Virus record (IMG/VR): IMGVR_UViG_3300045988_122711
Reading direction: 5' to 3' (one strand)
Length of the DNA stretch: 64,000 nt
Origin: a virus
Shown: positions 38,716-48,556 of the stretch, piece by piece
Layout: each line of letters opens with the position of its first letter
Numbering within the stretch: position 1 is the first letter of the stretch
The notes under the pieces: model-generated
What the model saw: only the letters and a program-made list of their open reading frames with translations
Database searches by the model: none
What the model was told of the DNA's origin: nothing
Translations under genes and position numbers: made by a program

Positions 38716-40044
38716 TTATATTACAAATCTTTTAGACATTTCCTCAGCAATATCATATACAACAATATGATCCTCTTCATTGTATGGCTTATTGATATTC
38801 AGCACTCCTTTTCTTACCTTAAACCTCTTATCTTTTCTGATATGATTCAACATACCTTGTTGGAATACACAGTCTGCCTTCTCCATAGCAGCATTTTTAT
38901 CAGACCATTCTTTTAGCGTATAACCTTTACTGTTCGTGCTTTTTGGAGAAAAATTCATAATACGTGCATCAATTCCGTACCAGTTTTTAACCATTCTCCT
39001 TTCAGCCTCCAATTGAAAAGCATGTTCATTTCGTATGTCACCCGATTTAAAATCTAAGATAACAATCTCTTCTTTCTCCACTTCTCTCACTTCCTTCTTC
39101 GGATCGCCTTTTTTGAACTGCCCCGTAGCCCTTTGATACACGGCTCCAAAATAACCTTCTTCTTTGTATTTGAATGTCATTTTAACCATCGCATCTATCG
39201 GCGTAGCTACCAAATAATCTTCTAATGACAATATTCTTTCAATCATCATCGGCTTAACCTTATACTCCGAACAAAATTTAGCAAACTTCATAACTCTGAC
39301 AATCATATCGTCAAGATCATCTATGCTACCAAAGAATTTGTCAAGATTCTTTTTCGATATCTTAAGCTTGCCTTCTTGCACTGTCTTAACTATAAAACTT
39401 CGATTTAAGACCATATCTCTACCCGTCAAGTACAATCCGTATAGGTAGTGCATGATCGTTCCTTTATCTGCATCATATTCTGATACTTCTTCCGGATTGC
39501 GACCAATCATCCTCATCTCCTGTCTCCATTCTTGAAGAGCCGTCTTGTCATCTACGAATCCGTCTCTAATCATGGTTGTTACCGAGGCGTATATCTTGGC
39601 TGTCCCATCGTCCATCTTTCTTACATAAAAACGATTACCGTCTAATGTCAATCTTACGAATTTGGGAGTCTCGATCTTCTTTAACTCATCACAGATATAA
39701 AACGGCTCTAACGTTTCCTGATTTTCTGTAAACGGATTCGAATCTTCTTCTCCAGGGTTAGGAGCGGCTTCCTCCGCCGGAGCTTCCGGTTCCTCTCCCT
39801 GGACCGGCTCTGGCTCAGGCGCCGGCTCTTCAACTACTGGAACCTGTCCGCCTCTTTCTGCTATGTCTCTGTTCTTTATTAAAGACATAACCTCCTTCTT
39901 CAACTGCTCTGGTGTTTGGTTAGGATCTGATACTGACATCACAACGTCGTTCATTCTAAACAACGTATTTCCTTCTCCTTCCACCATAGGTACAAACCCT
40001 AAATCTATTAATATTTTAATCTTTTCTTCTATCATACCTATCAA
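38716..40044 (-). CDS. putative PD-(D/E)XK-family exonuclease with Pro/Glu-rich linker
   Basis: ILDFKSG...QLEAERR motif like RecB-type motif III; PEPEP acidic linker. Confidence 0.4.
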   Translation of the reverse strand: MIGMIEEKIKILIDLGFVPMVEGEGNTLFRMNDVVMSVSDPNQTPEQLKKEVMSLIKNRDIAERGGQVPVVEEPAPEPEPVQGEEPEAPAEEAAPNPGEEDSNPFTENQETLEPFYICDELKKIETPKFVRLTLDGNRFYVRKMDDGTAKIYASVTTMIRDGFVDDKTALQEWRQEMRMIGRNPEEVSEYDADKGTIMHYLYGLYLTGRDMVLNRSFIVKTVQEGKLKISKKNLDKFFGSIDDLDDMIVRVMKFAKFCSEYKVKPMMIERILSLEDYLVATPIDAMVKMTFKYKEEGYFGAVYQRATGQFKKGDPKKEVREVEKEEIVILDFKSGDIRNEHAFQLEAERRMVKNWYGIDARIMNFSPKSTNSKGYTLKEWSDKNAAMEKADCVFQQGMLNHIRKDKRFKVRKGVLNINKPYNEEDHIVVYDIAEEMSKRFVI

Positions 40045-40534
40045 TTATTTCAATAATCAACCTACCTCTTTCCTTGATCATTCCTCTGCTTTCCATATCC
40101 AGTACCTTCTTTACCGCATACTTCCACACAAAAGGAAATTCTGTTTCAAGTTTATCAAATTCCATCCGGTCAAGATACATGTCGAATACCGTATGCTCCG
40201 ATTCATGAAGGAAAACTATATTATCCCTGCAAGTAGCAACCGACTTATATATCCTTTTCGGAAGTATGTGACAGACGTTACATACTGTAGGAAAATGAAT
40301 AGCCTTACCGGTCATAGACATCCGACTATTATTTAACTCTTCCAGCATAAGACGAAAAAACCCGGATAAATCCGGGTTCTCTAACTTTTTCTTCTTGCTG
40401 CTGTTTTTAATGGATGTAATTCTGTCTTTTTTCTTCGGAGTCAACTCTTTACTCCTGCAAGCCTGGCATAAGCCATGACTTCTTATCATCACTTTTCGTC
40501 CGCATCTTTCGCAGACGTACAATTTCTTTTCCAC
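40016..40534 (-). CDS. zinc-ribbon protein, possibly NinG/HNH-like
   Basis: CERCG...CQAC then basic stretch then CNVCH...H. Confidence 0.3.
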   Translation of the reverse strand: MEKKLYVCERCGRKVMIRSHGLCQACRSKELTPKKKDRITSIKNSSKKKKLENPDLSGFFRLMLEELNNSRMSMTGKAIHFPTVCNVCHILPKRIYKSVATCRDNIVFLHESEHTVFDMYLDRMEFDKLETEFPFVWKYAVKKVLDMESRGMIKERGRLIIEIIDRYDRRKD

Positions 40535-40719
40535 TCTCTATATTTCAATACAAGTGATATAATTGAAAAGGATACTGCCGTTAAAGATAACGTATATGGT
40601 AAGTTCATTAACCATCTCGGTACTTCTTCGGTCTTAATCACTATCAGCAAAGTAGCACCTGCTACTACCAATAATACAATTGCCGTCGCAAGTGCTACAC
40701 GGGAAACAACATCACTCAT
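40489..40719 (-). CDS. small two-TM membrane protein
   Basis: ORF with two hydrophobic helices; overlaps neighbours by 8 and 45 nt. Confidence 0.3.
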   Translation of the reverse strand: MSDVVSRVALATAIVLLVVAGATLLIVIKTEEVPRWLMNLPYTLSLTAVSFSIISLVLKYREWKRNCTSAKDADEK

Positions 40720-41182
40720 CAGTTTTCTTTTCTCCCAATTTTTCTACACCTTTTTGCAGATCGTATTTAAACACTTCAATGATCTTTGTTTCAGCAATAG
40801 ACTCGCAATTCCAGTCTCCCAACGTACCCTGCATACCTTTAGTCAACACAGCTTCGGCGTCTTTAGGATTGCCGGCTTGGACATACATATAGCATGGCGT
40901 TTTCTTTTCTTTACCTTTCTTTTCATTCAGTGTAATGTAATTCACCTTGCACTTATACCAGTACTCAGCTTCTCCGTTGAAAAAGATTTCTGACACTTTA
41001 ATAGGGTTAATTTTTACAACCTCGAAAGAATTGTACAAATCCTTAAAGATCTCCAACGATCTTGATTCTGCCTCTGTATAAGACAAGGCATCCACCAAAT
41101 ACTTTTCAGTTACTTTCTTTTTTTTGCCGTTCTCGATATTATCAATCTCGGCTTTTACCGTAATTTCAAACCAGCGATTCAT
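40712..41182 (-). CDS. hypothetical protein
   Basis: ORF. Confidence 0.4.
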   Translation of the reverse strand: MNRWFEITVKAEIDNIENGKKKKVTEKYLVDALSYTEAESRSLEIFKDLYNSFEVVKINPIKVSEIFFNGEAEYWYKCKVNYITLNEKKGKEKKTPCYMYVQAGNPKDAEAVLTKGMQGTLGDWNCESIAETKIIEVFKYDLQKGVEKLGEKKTDE

Positions 41183-41193
41183 TGTATTAATAT

Positions 41194-41469
41194 TTAATTA
41201 GTTGATTTCTTTCCTTTCTCTATACTGTTTTTAAATCTTTCAGAACACCACTGCAAAACATCCATCATCATCATCTCATTATTAGATAAGATGCCTTTTA
41301 TAATTAACGCCAATTGATGCTGTGACATTCTTAGGCTCATATCAAATCTTCTTTCCTCTTCATTTACTATCGTGGCTACGAAATACTTACACCCCTCTAA
41401 GTGCGTCAGGGCTTCAATCATAGCTTCTTTTATCTCTTTTTCTTCCATTTTGTTTGTTTTTTTGGACAA
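41194..41469 (-). CDS. hypothetical protein
   Basis: ORF. Confidence 0.35.
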   Translation of the reverse strand: MSKKTNKMEEKEIKEAMIEALTHLEGCKYFVATIVNEEERRFDMSLRMSQHQLALIIKGILSNNEMMMMDVLQWCSERFKNSIEKGKKSTN

Positions 41470-41524
41470 AGATATGTCTTTTGATAATAAAAAAGATTCA
41501 AAATGATTTAATTTAGCTTAATTA

Positions 41525-42190
41525 CTACTCTTTTGATTCGTCCGGCATAGGCATGTCAAACTTTTTCCTGATAAACGATTCTGTTTCTTCATTGAATGGA
41601 TAGGCCTCCTTAATAAAATTCATAGCTACCTCCATATCACCGTCTGCTATATCTTTATACCTTTCAAAGATACCAACCAGGTCATTGTTATATGAACGCT
41701 CTTGTTTTATGTTGTACACGTATTTCAACACCCTGTCTTTAATTTCATTGGCATTTTTCAAAGTGTTATTGAAGGAATTTATACTTTCCAATTCTGGATC
41801 TTGGTTTTCCTTGTTTACCTTATCAAACTCTTCTTTGCTATACCCCGCTTCCCCTTTAATAGCCGGGCAAACACTTTCTTTTATGATCCAAAACTGTTCA
41901 TACGATCCTGTCAGAAACCTTGATTCTATTTTAAATGCATTATATTTAACAAGCAAATTAGCCACCTCAGTTGCACCTTCTATGGTTCTAAAACCGATGC
42001 CGACATCTTTTAACATAAATACTGGAACTCCCGTTCTTGGATACACGACTTCTTTTTCGTTCTTTATATTCCAATTTTTAGCTTCAATTGGAATACCCTT
42101 ACCAACAAGCTCTTTGTCTATATACAGACTTATCTCTTCGTCTGTCAATGCCACAATCTCATCTCTGCTTAAATCAAAAACTGTTTTCAT
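41525..42190 (-). CDS. hypothetical protein
   Basis: ORF. Confidence 0.45.
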   Translation of the reverse strand: MKTVFDLSRDEIVALTDEEISLYIDKELVGKGIPIEAKNWNIKNEKEVVYPRTGVPVFMLKDVGIGFRTIEGATEVANLLVKYNAFKIESRFLTGSYEQFWIIKESVCPAIKGEAGYSKEEFDKVNKENQDPELESINSFNNTLKNANEIKDRVLKYVYNIKQERSYNNDLVGIFERYKDIADGDMEVAMNFIKEAYPFNEETESFIRKKFDMPMPDESKE

Positions 42191-42390
42191 TTCTTTTTAT
42201 TTATTAAATTAAACAATCTACCTCTTTGTTCAGGCTCCGTATATTCCACCCATATATCGGCTGCCACATTTCTAAGAAATTCCATAAAGTCTTGATGATC
42301 CCTGTATTCAACAGAATCAACTTTTCTCACAAAACTTAGAATTTCCTTTAACATCTTATTGTTTTCTTCAAGAAGTTCTCTGTCGGTCAT
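42187..42390 (-). CDS. hypothetical protein
   Basis: ORF. Confidence 0.3.
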   Translation of the reverse strand: MTDRELLEENNKMLKEILSFVRKVDSVEYRDHQDFMEFLRNVAADIWVEYTEPEQRGRLFNLINKKK

Positions 42391-42411
42391 GATCTCGTGA
42401 AAATATATTAT

Positions 42412-42747
42412 TCAACATGTAATAGGCAGTAAATTTTCGATGTAGGCCCATCTTACGATATGGAAAATTCTAACAGCTATTTTCCAATTAGAGTTATTTG
42501 GCCCACAGACAATAGGAGTTCCATCTTGTTTAATAGCAATCAACATTCCACTGTGTTGTGGTGTTTCGCTTGCATCATGCCACGCGCTGCTGATGCTCCA
42601 TTCTGCACCTGCCATGAAGTCTTCATAGCAATTATCCTTGCGTAAAACATAATCGTCTGCATCCACTTCTTTGAGAACGTTTCGCCGAAAATGTGTTTTA
42701 CCTATGGTATAATCTTTTGCTGCTTTTTCAATATCTTCTCGTTTCAT
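42412..42747 (-). CDS. hypothetical protein
   Basis: ORF. Confidence 0.4.
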   Translation of the reverse strand: MKREDIEKAAKDYTIGKTHFRRNVLKEVDADDYVLRKDNCYEDFMAGAEWSISSAWHDASETPQHSGMLIAIKQDGTPIVCGPNNSNWKIAVRIFHIVRWAYIENLLPITC

Positions 42748-42764
42748 TTCTTTTTAGTTATTCG

Positions 42765-43025
42765 TTAAATACAATTTGTTCGATATGTGTATTCATCAAT
42801 CATATCATTACCGATAATCTCAGGTAGCTCAAAAAATCTTGTAACCGGACAAACATGTGCTTCAATCTCCACACAAAGACCGTCACCCGGTATATAGGCA
42901 CAACCTACGTTATTATTCCAGTTTATATGCTTTTGGGCTGCTTTAGCTACTTTATCGCAAGCTGATAAGTATTCAGTATATTTACTGTTAGCTCTTTTTA
43001 TTTTCCTGAATAGTATATCGTTCAT
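42765..43025 (-). CDS. hypothetical protein
   Basis: ORF. Confidence 0.35.
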   Translation of the reverse strand: MNDILFRKIKRANSKYTEYLSACDKVAKAAQKHINWNNNVGCAYIPGDGLCVEIEAHVCPVTRFFELPEIIGNDMIDEYTYRTNCI

Positions 43026-43214
43026 TTCTTTTTATATTATTACCAATCTCCGCCATCATTCGGTATTCCATCAATGATGGTTATACTATTTTCAATGTTA
43101 CTGCCTCCATATTGCGTAAATTCCGGTGTGGGATTATAGTTTGTATCTCCATGCATCATTACATGTAATGTTCCGCTTGCTGAATAATACTGCCATAATC
43201 AGATCTTTTTAAAA

Positions 43215-43466
43215 TCAATTCGAATAAATATAATACATTCCTGCTTCATATACCTTATGTACATCAGGGTCATTCTTGTCTTCCGGTTCCAATTCACTCT
43301 CTTCACAAGTATAATCCCATTCAGAGTTGTAGTACATATTCTCATTTGTTTTCTCCAAGGAGCAATCTTTCATCAAATTCAGATATTCTCCCCAAACTGC
43401 AACTTCCTGCTGTTGCTCTTCTTCTGTCATAAGAGATATTTTGTCTTTCAATTCTTTCCAAGTCAT
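43215..43466 (-). CDS. hypothetical acidic protein
   Basis: ORF. Confidence 0.35.
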   Translation of the reverse strand: MTWKELKDKISLMTEEEQQQEVAVWGEYLNLMKDCSLEKTNENMYYNSEWDYTCEESELEPEDKNDPDVHKVYEAGMYYIYSN

Positions 43467-43495
43467 AGCTTGATTTATAAAAGGTGATTACTAAT

Positions 43496-43879
43496 TTATT
43501 CCACATCAAAAAGTTGATCCAATACCAATAATTCTGCATTCATATCTTCATCTTTTTGGAAACGAACCTTTATGTTTCCGAACTTAGATGTTTTAAATAA
43601 GATGTAAGGATTCATATCTTCGGCAGTCACCGGCTTATACTCCTTAACTTCCGACATCTTGAGATACCAGTCACCTATTTTCACAAATTTGGAGAAGACA
43701 GAACACAAATGCGCTTTCACGGACAGTATTTCCCTTTTATCTTTAAAGGGTATAATTTCCTCCTTCCCTCTTATCCTGATTGATAGGAAAGGACGAATGT
43801 TGTCTGTTTCATTTTGGAATCTGAAGCCTGTTATGGCTTGCTTTGGGATTCTTCTCCCCATTAATACAAAATAGCTCAT
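43496..43879 (-). CDS. hypothetical protein (downstream partner of ABC ATPase)
   Basis: ORF. Confidence 0.4.
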   Translation of the reverse strand: MSYFVLMGRRIPKQAITGFRFQNETDNIRPFLSIRIRGKEEIIPFKDKREILSVKAHLCSVFSKFVKIGDWYLKMSEVKEYKPVTAEDMNPYILFKTSKFGNIKVRFQKDEDMNAELLVLDQLFDVE

Positions 43880-43891
43880 TGTTGAAAATAT

Positions 43892-44689
43892 TTAATTAGA
43901 CATAAATATACAAGTTTTACTAAGATATCCTTCTGTCATCTCTATGAAATTCACACAATCTAATTTGCTTAACTTGTAAATCAATGCCGGATTGTGTACT
44001 ATGGCTATAATTTGTGTTTGTGGTTTATGGAATGACAATACATTATAAATTTGCATTATGTTATCAATATCAAGATTCCTGTCTGGCTCATCCATGAGAA
44101 CCGTGTATTCAAAACTGCTTTTTGTTAATGCTATGCGGTTTCTTTTATAATACTTCAACAGGTTATCAATTCTTTTAATCCAAAACGCATTTGATTTTTT
44201 CTTGTATTCTACAAGATCTTGTATTGGAAACGTACAATCCTTCTGACTGAACATTAAATTGAAAAGCGATTCCAATGATAACACCACTTTCTCTCCATAA
44301 GATTTTCGAATATTATTCACATACAAATCTAAATTGCTGATGTTTTTCAATATACTATCTCGATTCATCTCCGCCGATGGCAATAAACGGAATACTTTCC
44401 CTGCATAATCGGATGATATGTCAATCCCATCAAAAACCTTATCATCGTCATCAAATATAGGTGGAAAATCCAGTGCCTCGGTCGGCATTTCAGAGCACAT
44501 GGATTTCTCGCATAACGCATACATTGATATGATGTTAAGCAAGGTTGATTTTCCGCTACCGTTTTTACCTATAATTACATTCACTCCTGGCTTGAAAATA
44601 AATTCTCTGCCATTTTCAAACGCTTCTATGTCAGAAGCATATTCAAAAGGAGTTTTTGTATTGTCTTTTATTTTTACTTTATATATCAT
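43892..44689 (-). CDS. minimal ABC-type (RecF/OLD-N-terminal-like) ATPase, 265 aa
   Basis: Walker A GKNGSGKST, signature-like KSYGEK, Walker B VLMDEPDRNLD, H-loop IVHN. Confidence 0.6.
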   Translation of the reverse strand: MIYKVKIKDNTKTPFEYASDIEAFENGREFIFKPGVNVIIGKNGSGKSTLLNIISMYALCEKSMCSEMPTEALDFPPIFDDDDKVFDGIDISSDYAGKVFRLLPSAEMNRDSILKNISNLDLYVNNIRKSYGEKVVLSLESLFNLMFSQKDCTFPIQDLVEYKKKSNAFWIKRIDNLLKYYKRNRIALTKSSFEYTVLMDEPDRNLDIDNIMQIYNVLSFHKPQTQIIAIVHNPALIYKLSKLDCVNFIEMTEGYLSKTCIFMSN

Positions 44690-44889
44690 TTTATACTGGC
44701 TATGTTATAAAACATACGGATGTTATTTAATTTCATATTTTTCTTCTCTAACTTTGTTTTACTCAATCGAATCATATAGTCCCTTGTTTCGGACAAGACG
44801 GTTGGGTAAAAGAGGTCTTTGATATAAGGTTTTACCCTAAAAAAATATTCGTTGGGTAAGTAAAATCAAAAACGTTTTGTTTAGTAAAA

Positions 44890-44906
44890 GAATCCGGTGA
44901 TCTCAC
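44890..44906 (+). promoter_or_regulatory. plus-oriented partial copy of conserved CCGG-GATCTCAC motif in 340-bp intergenic gap
   Basis: GAATCCGGTGATCTCAC matches 3' half of motif family at 60440/61293. Confidence 0.25.
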
Positions 44907-45030
44907 TTTCGAGCAACCGGTAGAGGGTATTGGTGATACCCAGTATGAAGTTTCATACAAATGTATATTGTTTTACGCTTTTTTGCGTAAAGTGGTGTAT
45001 AATCACCTTGATGTTATCATTGTAATCCTT

Positions 45031-45885
45031 TTAAAAATCAATTACCGCCCGAACCATGTCTCCGATGTGCTTGTTGCCAGTGCCCGTGAGGCCACTGGAG
45101 AAGACCACGTACCACGCGACGGCCTGGCTGCTCTCAGTACTGGACCAATACCACGTCGAGGAGAGGGGAGATGCCGAAACATAAGCGAATGCTTTGTTTA
45201 GTTCGTTCATATAATGGGCCATTAAATTTAATTGACCAAGAGATGGTATATACTCGCCATCTTCCAGCAGATTTCTCAATTTTGGATTTCTGGCTACAAG
45301 GCGTTCCGTATTGCCGCGTCCGTCAATGTCAAACAGCGCATCACATTCACGTTCGTAATATGTCCCACTTCCGGATTCTTCACGGCTATCATCGTCAAGC
45401 AATTGTACGATATCATGCTCCGTCAGTGAGATTGCAAATGACATGTATCTGTGCTTCAACCCGATGTATCGTACACAATCTTTGGAGTTATCGCCGGTAA
45501 ACGGCTCTGCATGTCCGTCTTCGTAGATTATATACAGTCCGTCAGTTGACTCTTTCTTATCCTCTTCGGATGGTACTCTGTTTTCACATGTACATTTCTC
45601 ACTTTTGGATCTTACGATTATATTCAATTCATTTAATACATGATTCCTGATGACATTCTCGCACGCTCTTCTTACAAAATCATGATCTCTTTGTTTGAGT
45701 TCATCATTCACCATGCATCTGATCCAGTTTTCTATCTGGTTGTCACCTCCATATGTATTAACCATGTACCGTTTTACGTGTTTCTCTAATAACAGCTCTA
45801 TGTTTTTGATTATATCTTCTTTGGTAAGGTGAAGTTCATTTAATATATAGTTCCTTACTGCCTTGTATTCTTTACTTGTGCTCAT
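45031..45885 (-). CDS. hypothetical protein
   Basis: ORF. Confidence 0.45.
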   Translation of the reverse strand: MSTSKEYKAVRNYILNELHLTKEDIIKNIELLLEKHVKRYMVNTYGGDNQIENWIRCMVNDELKQRDHDFVRRACENVIRNHVLNELNIIVRSKSEKCTCENRVPSEEDKKESTDGLYIIYEDGHAEPFTGDNSKDCVRYIGLKHRYMSFAISLTEHDIVQLLDDDSREESGSGTYYERECDALFDIDGRGNTERLVARNPKLRNLLEDGEYIPSLGQLNLMAHYMNELNKAFAYVSASPLSSTWYWSSTESSQAVAWYVVFSSGLTGTGNKHIGDMVRAVIDF

Positions 45886-45896
45886 AATATACCGAT

Positions 45897-46364
45897 TTAA
45901 TATTGTGAATCATATTTTCTTTCTCTCCCGCTGTCTTCCCCTATCGGATTGTCCCATCCATATTTTACAGCCGTAGCTTTAAATAGAGGGAGTCCATAAA
46001 ATGCATAATCATCCTCACCCCAGCCTTCAAGACCTTCTTCCAGAATGTAGTTCCACATCATCACACATTCAAACATCAAACTGGCTGATATTCCTCTCTG
46101 ATTTAATGCCTTTTCAAAACCGAATCTTACGTCTTCTTCAAGCTGTTTCAAAACATTCTCCCTGGTAAATTCAACTACAGTACTGTTCCACCTTTCTTCG
46201 TTATTGTATTCTTCGTTCGGCTCCATACCGAAATCCTTTATCATGTTATATGGGATAAATTTAGCCAGTCTGTTAAAATCTCTACCGTCTAAACATTTTG
46301 ATGTTAATTCTTTAAGTTGTTCTAATGTTTTCATAAGCAATTTTGTTTTATAGGTTAATCCCAT
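45897..46364 (-). CDS. hypothetical protein
   Basis: ORF. Confidence 0.4.
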   Translation of the reverse strand: MGLTYKTKLLMKTLEQLKELTSKCLDGRDFNRLAKFIPYNMIKDFGMEPNEEYNNEERWNSTVVEFTRENVLKQLEEDVRFGFEKALNQRGISASLMFECVMMWNYILEEGLEGWGEDDYAFYGLPLFKATAVKYGWDNPIGEDSGRERKYDSQY

Positions 46365-47017
46365 CCTCCAGTAGTGTACAAAGATACATCTTCCTCCTCT
46401 ACGTTTACACCTTTAAGAGCCTGTAGAAGTTTTTTCTTTGTCTCCCGGCACATATTGTAACCATATCCTTTATACCGATATGAGCGTTCCCATGTGCTTA
46501 CTGGAAAAGGAATATTTTCATCAATGACCAGCCTCTTCATATGAAGATGTTCAAAGAATTTCTCATGGTAGAGTAGTTTGTACTCGTATGCTACTATACT
46601 TGCAGATGAGAATGGAAAATAATCATCTTCCTCTTCTTCGTATTTAGGCTCCTTGTAGTAAGCCATTTTTGCCACAGTAAAGTCGAAGCTCCTGAGAATC
46701 TCTTCAGGCTTTCCGAACTCTGACTCTATGAACTCTATCCATACCCTTTCTCCCTCTTTATGGAACGCACATACCTTCTCATTCCTGTACTTAAATTTCC
46801 ATCCTTCTTTCTGATGTTTTTCATCATTGAACAAATCAACAGCTTCCTGAAAATCGTCTTCGCTTTCAAAGAAAATATCAATATCTTTTACTTTTTCTCC
46901 GGAAAGGATATTCTTAAAACATCCACCAGCTATGAACCCCTTGTGACCTTCCATATATTTGTCAAGCCATCTTATTTGCCAGAAATTATCTGGAGTATCT
47001 ATTATAAAATTGTTCAT
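46355..47017 (-). CDS. nucleotidyltransferase-fold (Pol-beta-like minimal NTase) protein
   Basis: GFIAGGCFKNILSGEKVKDIDIFF = hG[GS]-x12-DhD signature. Confidence 0.45.
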   Translation of the reverse strand: MNNFIIDTPDNFWQIRWLDKYMEGHKGFIAGGCFKNILSGEKVKDIDIFFESEDDFQEAVDLFNDEKHQKEGWKFKYRNEKVCAFHKEGERVWIEFIESEFGKPEEILRSFDFTVAKMAYYKEPKYEEEEDDYFPFSSASIVAYEYKLLYHEKFFEHLHMKRLVIDENIPFPVSTWERSYRYKGYGYNMCRETKKKLLQALKGVNVEEEDVSLYTTGGWD

Positions 47018-47035
47018 ATTGTTTGTATTTTACTG

Positions 47036-47290
47036 TCACCAAGCGAGATAAAAATTCCGCTTTACTATAACACAGTGGGTATAGTTATCCAGATCAACCC
47101 CATTTTCTTTGAATGTATCCAGAACCCTCTTTTCCACATATTTCAATTTTACTATTATTCCCTTCCTAAACTCTTCTATTAACTTCCCGTTACATTCAAT
47201 AGGCCCAATAAAACAGTACCTATTTGAAGAACTGTCACATATGCAATATGTATCACACCCAAACATATTGCTTAAAATATCCTCGTTCAT
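47036..47290 (-). CDS. hypothetical protein
   Basis: ORF. Confidence 0.35.
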   Translation of the reverse strand: MNEDILSNMFGCDTYCICDSSSNRYCFIGPIECNGKLIEEFRKGIIVKLKYVEKRVLDTFKENGVDLDNYTHCVIVKRNFYLAW

Positions 47291-47324
47291 AATTTCTCTA
47301 TTGTTTTAATAATGATACTCTTTA

Positions 47325-47624
47325 TTATATTTCTTCTTCACACCATTCATCCTCCCCTATCAATTGTTTATAATATTCGCTATGCTCTATCGCCAAAACA
47401 TCTTGAGACAAATATTCTTGTAGCTCCAATTTGCGCATTGGAGCAAGGCAATCCAGATGCTTAGTGTCCATTTCTTGCCTATCTTCATCTACCCACACCA
47501 ACGTGTCGTATCCATAACATTCTGGACATTGGTCAGCTCCACGTGGAAGAAGCATTTGTGCTCCACATTGAGTACATCTCACCCAGTCTCCATGCTGCAC
47601 CCCTTTGTATGTTCTTGTTTTCAT
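47325..47624 (-). CDS. zinc-ribbon protein
   Basis: CTQCG...CPEC. Confidence 0.4.
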   Translation of the reverse strand: MKTRTYKGVQHGDWVRCTQCGAQMLLPRGADQCPECYGYDTLVWVDEDRQEMDTKHLDCLAPMRKLELQEYLSQDVLAIEHSEYYKQLIGEDEWCEEEI

Positions 47625-47626
47625 AT

Positions 47627-47821
47627 TTATTGTTTATCATTTATAACATTTACTTCTTCGCTCCACAAATGTCTCTTATATATCGGAGTGATGCCGATCA
47701 GAATACCACTATCTTCGCCCCAATACTGAAGTGTTTTAGGCTCAATTTTATGATGCAATTCTTGTATTCCTCCTTTGTTTTTGTCATAAGGAGAAAAATC
47801 AGATAACTTTACCGTTTTCAT
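47627..47821 (-). CDS. hypothetical protein
   Basis: ORF. Confidence 0.3.
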   Translation of the reverse strand: MKTVKLSDFSPYDKNKGGIQELHHKIEPKTLQYWGEDSGILIGITPIYKRHLWSEEVNVINDKQ

Positions 47822-48552
47822 TTTTCTGGATTTTCAGCAGTTCCTAAAAGATATTCATTGCCCTCAAAAGGAATGCAATAAACATACACTGTTCCATTCA
47901 AGCATTCATATTTAGTCTCCCCATCCTGATCGTCTGTAATTGTTCTTATGAATAAACTGGCCTCCCAATTATCGTCCTCATAATATTTTGCTAACACTTT
48001 GTCAAACGGCTTAAACTTATATTTCGGCCTTTCTTCAATTCCGAAGAAGCGTTTTAGATATTCTTTTGCTTTAGGATTTTTGCTTTTCTTTAACGCTTTA
48101 ATCATCCTCTGTTTTTCCGAATCTGTTGCAAGTCTATAGCGTTCTATTTCGTTATTACATGCAGAAAAATTATCCGATATATTAAGACCTACTCCCGCTG
48201 CAAGACTCGCATAAAAAGATGTTAAATATTTCCCATGTATATTTAAAATAAAAATAAAACTTCCATCTTCGTTGCTTAACACCTCTCCATCTTTAAATGT
48301 AATATATTCTGGAACTTCAAGAAGGAGGCGATTTTCGCTGCTAAGTGCTTTTCCTGTAGCAGAAAACCAATCCGCTGATACAGTAATCGAATGAATTACA
48401 ACCAATAACGGACAACTTGACGAATTGTCTTCATATACTATTTCTGCTCTATTTCGTCCTTTCTCTGTCACAATCCGACCTACTATTCCCCCTATGTTTA
48501 TTCTTTTCGCCGTTTCTAAATCAAACGGAATTGTTGCTGTTCTCTGTTCCAT
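47818..48552 (-). CDS. hypothetical protein, tandem paralog A
   Basis: shares N-term PFDL.TA.KI..G.I.G and C-term YECL.G..Y..CIP..GNE.LLGT with 48557-49300. Confidence 0.5.
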   Translation of the reverse strand: MEQRTATIPFDLETAKRINIGGIVGRIVTEKGRNRAEIVYEDNSSSCPLLVVIHSITVSADWFSATGKALSSENRLLLEVPEYITFKDGEVLSNEDGSFIFILNIHGKYLTSFYASLAAGVGLNISDNFSACNNEIERYRLATDSEKQRMIKALKKSKNPKAKEYLKRFFGIEERPKYKFKPFDKVLAKYYEDDNWEASLFIRTITDDQDGETKYECLNGTVYVYCIPFEGNEYLLGTAENPEK

Positions 48553-48556
48553 GATC

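Noticed and set aside
43036-43167. 43-aa ORF in the 43026-43214 gap
   Set aside because: Short, no support beyond an ATG-initiated frame; not annotated.
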